From Eledone cirrhosa (lineage: Eukaryota): 64,000 nt of DNA. The DNA lies in the NCBI GenBank assembly GCA_964016885.1, contig OZ024748.1:41478001-41542000 (forward strand), given 5' to 3'. Under the pieces are notes generated by a model. The model saw only the letters and a program-made list of their open reading frames with translations, made no database searches and was not told the origin of the DNA. The position numbers were made by a program, and so were the translations under genes. Position 1 is the first letter of the stretch. The number at the start of each line of letters is the position of its first letter. Below are positions 53,860-64,000 of this stretch, piece by piece.

Positions 53860-55575
53860 TAAGATTTATTTTTAGTTTTTAGATAGTGTATGTAGCTAGA
53901 TAGTGAAGTGGAGTTGGCTAGCCTGTGTTTTTTTGAAAGAGTGGAGGTGCGAATTGTATCTGGTTTTGAAGCAGTTTGAAGTAGAGCCTATATAGGTTTC
54001 AGAAGAGTTGCTAGTTGTGACGGTGCATGAGTATATGATATCCTTGATTAAGCATTTTTTATCTAAAGGGCAGGTTCTATTAGATCTACAGTTACAATTA
54101 TTCTGGGTGTTAGTCTGCCGGTTATTATGTTGTGTAGAAGTTTGGATGGTAGCTATATGGTTATGGTTATGGGGGTTGTCGTTCCCAGCGTTATTGCTTA
54201 CACTAGTGCTATTACTATTATTACTATTGTTATCAGGGTTAGTTGATATAATGTTATTTTGAAGGTTTACCGCCTGTTGTGATTTAGTTTGTTGGAAGTA
54301 AGAATTAATTTTTCTTTTATTGCTACTAGCTATGTGGTATGCTATGTTAGGCGTAGTAGAGTAGGAGATTTTAATTGTGTTTTTGTTTAAAAGGCTATGG
54401 TACTTGTGGCCAGATGGGAAGTTTTTATCTAGGAGAGAGAAGAAAGCCCTAGGTAGGGTGGTAGAGACGTTTAGATTGAAAGGAGGGTTGAAAAATGTAT
54501 TATTTCTTCTTCTATTTTTGTTTTTTATGTCTGGTGAGTTGTTTCCTTTTATGGTACTATGGTAACTTCTGTGGTGTGGGTTACCTTTGTTGGCATCCTT
54601 CGTATTAGTGTGTGTGTGGTTGCTATTCTTATTACTAAATTTCCTCATGGACATATTGTGCGAAATAATGTTGTAGCTATGTGTTTTTGTAGGTAGGAAC
54701 TCGATCTCTATATTATGGCCTGATCTAGCTAATGCCTGATTATAATATTGCGAGTTTTTGCTAAATATGTTTACGTCATAGGATAGATTAGAGATTCTAT
54801 TGGATACTCCCTTAGAGATAGAGTTTAATATTGATCTAGGGTGGTTAGACTTGGTATCTACGTAAATCAGTTTTTCGTTAGGTTTATGGAAAGGTGTATA
54901 TATCTTAGAGTCTTGTTAGAGGGTGGCATCTAGGAAGTTAACGTTTTTAGTGTTTTTGTCCATGGTGATACTAAGTTTATAGTTTTTGAATGCCTTGTGC
55001 AATAGTTTTCTAGTTCTTTCTATATTGAATTTGTTATAGTCTATAAGTAGAAGTGCATCATCGCGGTACAAACCACCGTTGAGGTATGGAAGGTCCTTAT
55101 GGATTTCGTTAAGTAAATATAGGCCGACCAAGTCAGTGACTTGCGCCGAGTCACTAGATCCCATGGTTATGTCGAAGTTGTTTCGCGTATCCTTGCGGGT
55201 CCATAATTGGTCTTCAAAGGTGATTACGGTTTTACGGGCCTCAAGTATGACATCAATCTGGGGTCTAGTCAGGTCACTATTGTCCATGGCCATGATTAGT
55301 GCCTTATTTAATAGGATAGGAGAAATAGAGGTGTAGTATGAATTGATATCAAATTGAATAAATTTTTTATCCTTGTTATCCTTGATATCTTTGAACCATT
55401 CAATAACTTCACCCGTATTTCCCCATTGTTTAAGGTATATCTTGTGTTTAATCTGTGGGATGATTTTATCTAAAATTTTCTTACTGATAATGCCAATGTC
55501 AGACTTGGAAGGGCAGATAAGTCTAATCGAGGGGTTGCTAATGAAGTCCTCCTTATGGTCCTTCAGAGAGAATCT
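53860..55575 (-). pseudogene. PLE reverse transcriptase through the GIY-YIG start
   Basis: LKDHKEDFISNPSIRLICPSKS, FIQFDI, MGSSDSAQVTDLVGLYLL, GLYRDDAL, VNFLDATL, FNPPF, CNCR..CPL. Confidence 0.9.
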
Positions 55576-55611
55576 AGGGGGGGGGGTATATGGATGTGTA
55601 TGTCTCTGAAG

Positions 55612-56105
55612 TCGACAACCCCCATAACCATAACCATATAGCTACCATCCAAACTTCTACACAACATAATAACCGGCAGACTAACACCCAGAATAATTGT
55701 AACTGTAGATCTAATAGAACCTGCCCTTTAGATAAAAAATGCTTAATCAAGGATATCATATACTCATGCACCGTCACAACTAGCAACTCTTCTGAAACCT
55801 ATATAGGCTCTACTTCAAACTGCTTCAAAACCAGATACAATTCGCACCTCCATTCTTTCAAAAAAACACAGTCTAGCTACATACACTATCTAAAAACTAA
55901 AAATAAATTTTATACACTTAAATGGGAAGTGATAGGTAAGGCGACATCGTACAAACCACCTAATAAATGTTGTAACCTCTGTCTACTAGAGACCCATACT
56001 ATTATCTTCTCAAACCATAACCTCCTTAATAAAAAATCAGAAGTATTCGCGTCTTGCCAGCACCGCTTCCGACACTCCTTCCAAAACTTTAAACCCAATA
56101 TATAG
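55612..56105 (+). pseudogene. PLE GIY-YIG endonuclease domain
   Basis: CNCRSNRTCPLDKKC, IIYSCTV..YIGST, FKTRYNSH, CNLCLLE, LLNKKSE, CQHR. Confidence 0.9.
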
Positions 56106-57546
56106 CAATGTCAGACTTGAACCCATCACCACTTCTAGCAACACACCTCAAGGGCACGCCTTACACCACATCTCCACACTCAATGATCCACCCTATCTTA
56201 ACACAATTAGTGACATCTATCTACAACCTTTTACCCTAGAAATATCCCCATGTACATCTACTTTTGGTATAATTGCCTTCAATTACTTAGACTACATTAC
56301 ACCACTATATAATTAAATGTAAACTTTAAACACTGAATTGTTTGTGCTAATGTTGTTCTGTGTATGGAGTGCCATCATTGGATAAATAGAAGATTAATTT
56401 ATTAACATAAAAGAGCTATATAACCTATATGCTGAGTACAATGAATTATGTACAAGTGGTATATGAGTTGTACATACATGTATGACTTGATGGACAGATT
56501 AGTGACATTGTAAGTGAGAATTGCTCTCTGGTGTACCCTAGAGATATTTAACTTTGCCATGCAATCAGACATGCGCTGACCCAGAGCTTACCAGGGTTTG
56601 TATATAGACGTGGTTCTAATAAAACCCTGCCAGGTTCTGTGGGTAGACCACATTTACAAAGATCATTGATTTGGAGATCTGACTCTTCATGTGGAATATT
56701 CAGTTGTGACACTCTATGATAGAGGGTAATCATCCTAATATGGACACCTTTAGTACTTCTTGATAGACTAGACTGTAATTTAAAGATAGGATACTTAAAT
56801 TTAGAAACTGTTTATAACCATATATGTTAGGGACTCAATTGGGACACCATTTAATGTACATTGAAATAATAAATTTAGTTATGGAAATCAGCTAGTTACC
56901 TCCCCTCACGCATTAACTCCCCTTAATCACACACGCACTTCCGGAAAATAATACGATGTAAATTCTCGCAACAAAAACAACCTGCTCTATAAAATTGGAA
57001 TAAAGAACAACAAGCTGTAATAATCTAACCTAATACATCAAGCATCCAATACTGAATCTTCGTTGATTATGTGAAGGACATATAATCTATATATTACGTT
57101 TCCTGGATTGTGAAAATGGTGGTGTATACGAAAACCATAACATTATTTTGCTTCTCAATTTTAATATTTCTCTGCACACAAGCTTCTATATCATACATAA
57201 AAAATACTTTACCAATACAACCCCCATAATACTCTTGATTGCCCGCTTAAAGTGCTTGTATTGCATATAACACCTTGCCGAAATATAATCTTATATAAAT
57301 AAGACACATGCGCATGCCCCACATGTAACCATTGCATACACTAACTACCTCAAACTATCCTCTTGCATTATCTTCGTTAACTGCCGATGTTGTATTTTAA
57401 CTTTAATTTTGTTTTAATTTTCTTTTAATTTTTGAATGTAAATTGCCATGCTAAAATATTATAATGGATGTCACCCCACTGTGCATCGATATATACATAT
57501 GTTTCTGTATATTTCTTGTGTTGCAAAGGAGGTCATGTATGTAAAC

Positions 57547-57618
57547 AATCATTGAAAAATTGCTCCGAAGACCCCAAATCTCGGTTTGGAAGAAACAATT
57601 GTAAGCTAATAAATGGTT
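57547..57618 (+). ncRNA. Hammerhead, family D (mirror copy at 52855-52926 minus)
   Basis: GCT-CCGAAGA(57565)-ccCCAAATctcgGTTTGGaa-GAAA-CAATTG-TA-AGC, with distal AATCATT/AATGGTT pairing. Confidence 0.75.
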
Positions 57619-57807
57619 TGAACAGAACTTTGATTCCTGTAATTTCTATATAACTGCTCTGTAGAACAAATGATGTTATTACATTGAGCTATTTATCTTA
57701 CTGGTAATAAGGTAGTAATAAATTACCGTCTTTCACTGTTTAGGGTTTAAAATATATATAACTATAAAAGGTTTTAGTATATACATAACCATAAATAGTA
57801 TCCTTAA

Positions 57808-57841
<34 letters not shown>

Positions 57842-58066
57842 CCAATTGAGTTCTTAGCACGTGGCCTGAATTCCTTTCAGAATTCATTGTCATGCGCATG
57901 TAATGTCTTTTTGGCGGTAATTTACTTCCTCATATTTTGAATCAGTTTGAGCACTTCTTTAGAACTGCTGGACTGGCAACCTGACAGATACCTCAGGCAC
58001 AGAGTATGATGATTATCGCTAAATACTGATGTTGGTTAGATTATCAATATTGGTATTATTGGGGCA

Positions 58067-58193
58067 CCCACTGATGAATTATAGGAGCCCACTTGAATAT
58101 ATATCTATTGATGGTATACAAGCTCCTACATAAATTGGTATAATTTCACCCAAATTGTAGGAATCCTATAATGAAACGAGACGTCCGTCTGGG
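58067..58193 (+). ncRNA. Hammerhead with branched stem II
   Basis: CCCA-CTGATGA(58071)-ATTATAGGA[~77 nt]TCCTATAAT-GAAA(58173)-CGagacgtcCG-TC-TGGG. Confidence 0.85.
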
Positions 58194-58450
58194 GAGAGAT
58201 ATATTAGATATGTCTCATATGAAATAATACAGCCAATTTTCCACGCAATACTTTTAGTTAGCACCCTGAACGTATAATTGGGAATATAATCACTTATTTC
58301 CTAATGTTTGTTGAGTGAGTTGGAATTTGGCCGGAGTATCTCTAAAAAGCTTTCTCCGATATTGTATTTATATCAGTGAGTGTGTTCTGTTATTAATTCT
58401 GGCAATATTACACAAATATGACCCTCCCCAAGTATAACAATATATATATA

Positions 58451-58901
58451 TACAATATTAAATAAATGGAAAACTATATTTATAAAACCATATCTATTTC
58501 ATTATATATATTTCGGGGATATCATATTAACAATATGCTATGCCTTCATCAGACAAAATGCAATATAAACAGTTTTATAGATAAATATATTCGACATACC
58601 GTAATAAACATCAACATCAACATCAACTGCTAGCGTAAACCTCTTCAAATGAAGTTGATGTTTATTACGGTATGTCGAATATATTTATCTATAAAACTGT
58701 TTATATTGTATTTTGTCTGATGAAGGCATAGCATATTGTTAATATGATATCCCCGAAATATATATAATGAAATAGATATGGTTTTATAAATATAGTTTTC
58801 CATTTATTTAATATTGTAAATATACTCCAAATATTTGTCGAGTGCTTTTATATCAGTTATAAATATTTACTAGTTGTAACACAACAATTTAAATATAACT
58901 T

Positions 58902-58905
<4 letters not shown>
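58451..58905. mobile_element. Family B fold-back HHR element, copy 3
   Basis: HHRs at 58495-58559 (-) and 58709-58774 (+); centre near 58615-58635. Confidence 0.88.
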
Positions 58906-58967
<62 letters not shown>

Positions 58968-58969
<2 letters not shown>

Positions 58970-59151
58970 AAAATGTTTAACCCGACGGCAGAGCTCAAGC
59001 CGTTTCGACGGCTATTTCTGCACTAAATAGTCCAGAAATAGCCGTCGAAACGGCTTGAGCTCTGCCGTCGGGGTCAAACATTTTCCTATTACCCACTCTA
59101 CTACCCTGGTGCGTTATGGTCCATCTGGTTCCTTACCACACCTTCTTCGTT
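58968..59151 (+). mobile_element. Family F fold-back fragment
   Basis: Palindrome 58968-59087 centred near 59026. Confidence 0.85.
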
Positions 59152-59240
59152 ATATATACATATATATATATATATACATACTAGAAATTGATTGACATAG
59201 ATGGCGCATGTCTCTCGGACATACACCCTTAATTTAATTT

Positions 59241-59302
<62 letters not shown>

Positions 59303-60547
59303 CAGTATATATATATATACGCTTAGTAATAAAAGTACCGAGGTGTAATCAATAACCGTAGCAAAGAGTTTTGGGGGCGAATTTTTTCAAAGGATTTTCT
59401 AAAATATGTAAAGCCCATAACATTTTGTATAAATTTCTATGAGGCAAATTCTACATATACGATTCCTTTTAAAAACCTTTTAATGAAAAGCAGTTTGTGT
59501 AAGGCTCTGTTGTCTACCCATGAATACAGAAATATATGAGAAGTAGTTGGTGTCTTGTAACTAGAAGCTTGGAATAAAGTTTATGATTGAGAATATAAAC
59601 TATTTTTAACAGACACAACCATGGCTTAGGGGGTTAGAAAGTTTACTTCCCAATGATGAGCTCTGTTGGGCGATCCCACAAGTTCCCACAAGTTGTTTGT
59701 CACACACACAGACATACACACATACATACACGAATATACACACGCAAACATACACACACTGACACATACATACATAGACAGACAAATACATACACACACA
59801 CAGACACACATATACACACACAGAGACACAGACAGACACACACACACATACACACATACACACAGACAGACACACACACACATACACACATACACACAGA
59901 CATACCCAGACAGACATACATACAAACAGGGACAGACACATACAGACAAATACATACATACATACACACACAGACACTCATATACACATACAGAGACAGA
60001 CACACACGCGTGCAAAGTTCCTTTGAATTCCAATCGGTACTAAACCTCTCACATATTTACCATTACTAAAATAAATATCCAATTATCTATCGAACATTTA
60101 GTTAATCGATAGAATAGTAAAGGTAATATGGCGGTATTACACCTGAAAAAAACCAATCAGGTAAACTATCAGACAGAGAGATCTAATTATTCCCAAGGTG
60201 AGTTTCCCATTACCATATATGGTAGTGATGTTGATTGCTCCAGTTTCAGATTGTCATGTCAATGAGACTAATATTACAGAACCACACACACACATATACA
60301 TAATTATATATATATATACACATGTACACACACACACATATATATACATTATATAAATATATACACACACATACATATATACATACACACACACATACGT
60401 ATACACATATACACACACACATATACATATGCATATATATACACAAATATACACACATGCACATACACACACGTGTGTGCATTGTTCACCCCAAGCAAGC
60501 CACTAAAGTGGTTTCTAAGAAGGAAAAAAAATGACCCACTCTTCTTC

Positions 60548-60933
<386 letters not shown>

Positions 60934-61407
60934 TAAAACCAGAAACCTTTATATTTATTCTATCATAGTTCGATTTATTCGTTGCTTGCAACTGACTGTT
61001 TCTGTACAGAAGCGCACCCTGGTTGATTGCTTTCGACTAATTCAATTTTGAATTCTCGCCATCGTGTTCCATAAAAACAGTTATGTCTGGCTTACCTCCT
61101 CTTTCATGAGAAGTCACGTCTCACTAAAAGTCCAGGTATATTATTACACTTGTTGATGACTGTCAATGACCTATAGTAGCCTGTTAAACGGATCTTTCCA
61201 TTTGTGGAAGGCTAACACCCGCTGAGGAAGGAATTTCGAGATATATTGCGTAATGTTTCCCGATATTCCCTAATTTCTATGAACGGTGGTTCCAATCGAA
61301 CTATTGTTAACAGGAACCAAGTCATGACCCGGGAATTTGACATGTCACACACGAAGTCGTTTTTCTTGCTGATTAACGTATGTGTGCACTCTGAGTTTGT
61401 GTGTTTA

Positions 61408-61470
61408 GTAATTGTTTCTACTTTAGGCACAAGGCCACCAATTACCCAGTGCATTACTGGTACTTTATTT
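61408..61470 (-). mobile_element. tRNA-SINE 3' fragment
   Basis: GTTTCTACTTTAGGCACAAGGCCA..GTACTTTATTTT. Confidence 0.75.
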
Positions 61471-61878
61471 TGTTTGTGTGTTTAATAATATAAACCTAAT
61501 TATATCATTGAGTGAAGAAATGTCAAAGGCTGTGCCGATTCACTTCTACTAGCTTCTTACACCCCACCCACCCACCCACACATACACATACATACATACA
61601 TCAGAATGGAGGCGGTAAAAGCTAGTTAGACCATTACTCACCAGAGTACTCGATACTTCCGGCGATCCCGAATTTTTCATATATATAAACCACAGACCCT
61701 CCATCTCAACTCTACTTTTGAAAAGCACAAGAAATGCGAAACTGGTAAAGGAACCAAATAAATATATATTTTTTTATAAAAAAGACTCCAGTTGCATTTT
61801 CGATTTCATCTTTTTTCCTGATACTTTCACTCGTGTAGGACACCTCGGTTATTTTTCATTTTGTAAAAAAAACCTCAC

Positions 61879-61924
<46 letters not shown>

Positions 61925-61987
61925 GTGAGGTTTATATATATATATATATACATACACAGAGAGAGAGAGAGGGAGAGAGAGAGAGAG

Positions 61988-62049
<62 letters not shown>

Positions 62050-62117
62050 TATATATATAGGGAGAGAGAGAGCTTTATAAACAATTATTTATATAGGTAT
62101 ATAATTATATATAATTA

Positions 62118-62463
62118 TTTCGTTTCTGAATTTGTTTAAACAAATATAAACACACACAGACACCCGGATGTGGCGCATGCGCAGACTGAGCACACAACAC
62201 ACACACAGAAACAAAATGGCGTAGGACAGAACAAAGGAGAGGAACAAAAACAAAGAAAAGAATCCCTAGTCACTGAAGAGGTCACAGAATGTGTGACGAA
62301 AGAACTTTGACAATATATAAACAACTATCTGGTTGTGGAACCAACCAACCAACCAGAAATTTATAAATTCCTAAATTTACAAATTTATTATAATAAATTG
62401 AAGTGAAAGCAACTGGTGCGTGTGTTTCTTATTGGCAACATGACCCTCCCAAAGTATAACAAT
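62118..62463 (+). mobile_element. Family E element with HHR at 62269-62311
   Basis: Homologous to 49920-50140; short inverted tail TTTCGTTTCTGAATTTGTTTA at the 5' end. Confidence 0.85.
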
Positions 62464-62553
62464 ATATATAATTATTTGTGTATATCTATATATATATAGG
62501 GAGAGAGAGAGCTTTATATTATTTATATAGGTATATAATTATATATAATTATT

Positions 62554-62590
<37 letters not shown>

Positions 62591-62954
62591 AGAGAGAGAG
62601 CTTTATATTATTTATATAGGTATATAATTATATATAATTATTTGTGTATATATATATATGAGTGTTATCTATATAAATGTGTATATCACAACACAGTATA
62701 ATAAATAAAACATATCTAATTTGTTTATAACGAATTCATTTCTCATGCATTGACTTTTTCTAAATAATACAGATTAAAACAAATACAAAAAAATAACACA
62801 AAATAAAATTTAAATATATTCGAATCGGAAAATTGATATTTTCAAAATTTATCCTCTTTTTTTCTTGTCATTTATTTTTTATCAATAATAATTACTTTCG
62901 ATTTTTGCCGATTTCCACACAATACACGCGCTCACACTATTTTTTGCTTTCATT

Positions 62955-63912
62955 GTTGTTGTTGTTGTTGTTCTGGATGTTTCTGCATTTGTTTGTGTTG
63001 TTGTTGTTGTTGTTGTTGTTGTTCTGGATGTTTCTGCGGTTGTTTGTGTTGTTGTGGTTCTGGATATTTCTGCTGTTGTTTGTGTTGTTGTTGTTGTTCT
63101 GGATGTTTCTGCTGTTGTTTGTGTTGTTGTTGTTCTGGATAATTCTGCTACTGTTTGTGTTGTTGTTGTTGTTGTTCTGGATGTTTCTGCTGTTGTTTGT
63201 GTTGTTGTTGTTGTTGTTCTGGATATTTCTGCTGTTGTTTGTGTTGTTGTTGTTGTTGTTGTTCTGGATATTTCTGCTGTTGTTTGTGTTGTTGTTGTTG
63301 TTGTTCTGGATATTTCTGCTGTTGTTTGTGTTGTTGTTGTTGTTGTTCTGGATATTTCTGCTGTTGTTTGTGTTGTTGTTGTTGTTGTTCTGGATATTTC
63401 TGCTGTTGTTTGTGTTGTTGTTGTTGTTGTTCTGGATATTTCTGCTGTTGTTTGTGTTGTTGTTGTTGTTCTGGATATTTCTGCTGTTGTTTGTGTTGTT
63501 GTTGTTGTTGTTCTGGATATTTCTGCTGTTGTTTGTGTTGTTGTTGTTCTGGATATTTCTGCTGTTGTTTGTGTTGTTGTTGTTGTTGTTGTTGTTCTGG
63601 ATGTTTCTGCTGTTGTTTGTGTTGTTGTTGTTGTTGTTCTGGATATTTCTGCTGTTGTTTGTGTTGTTGTTGTTGTTGTTGTTCTGGATATTTCTGCTGT
63701 TGTTTGTGTTGTTGTTGTTGTTGCTCTGGATATTTCTGCTGTTGTTTGTGTTGTTGTTGTTGTTGTTTTTGTTCTGGATGTTTCTGCTGTTGTTTGTGTT
63801 GTTGTTGTTGTTGTTGTTGTTGTTCTGGATATTTCTGCTTTTGTTTGTGTTGTTGTTGTTGTTGTTCTGGATATTTCTGCTGTTGTTTGTGTTGTTGTTG
63901 TTGTTGTTTGTG
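62955..63912 (+). repeat. Minisatellite TTCTGGATATTTCTGCTGTTGTTTGTG(TTG)n
   Basis: About 23 units with a variable (TTG)n spacer. Confidence 0.96.
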
Positions 63913-64000
63913 TGATAGTGGAAATTTTAGTTTATTTGTCACCATTTTCTTATACATTGATGACAGTGTTTCTTGTTCTCTCTACTCACATACATTATAT

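Larger units (their letters stand above)
52822..57650. mobile_element. Penelope-like element (Nematis-like), multiply inverted
   Basis: 52825-53770 mirrors 56690-57647; RT-linker-GIY on minus at 53838-55575; GIY-YIG, UTR and HHR on plus at 55612-57650. Confidence 0.92.

Noticed and set aside
61215-61383. Possible host exon HPLRKEFRD..FLLIN followed by GTATGT
   Set aside because: In-frame stop just upstream, weak acceptor and no recognisable protein; needs RNA-seq.
62833-63957. Membrane-like and poly-Q ORFs
   Set aside because: Minisatellite translation.

Overview
AT-rich, repeat-saturated animal DNA; the SINE and repeat content suggests a cephalopod/octopus-like genome (inference). I could not recognise any host gene, and nearly all ORFs in the track are translations of microsatellites. 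Recognisable content: decayed non-LTR retrotransposons (one RTE fragment, three Tx1/L1-like, two Dong/R4-like RLE fragments), six tRNA-SINE copies, five Penelope-like element (PLE) copies with RT/GIY-YIG remnants plus one small RT fragment, and several large mini/microsatellites. The main hidden structure is about 26 type I hammerhead ribozyme (HHR) motifs from roughly a dozen sequence families, which I folded by eye. Most lie in short head-to-head fold-back elements between (TA)n tracts. They show palindromic stem III, covarying stems and non-canonical cores (U4C, U3-A8, unpaired 10.1/11.1, stem II over 100 nt). One fold-back family carries a complete tRNA-like cloverleaf instead of a ribozyme. 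All folds and family assignments are manual and untested.
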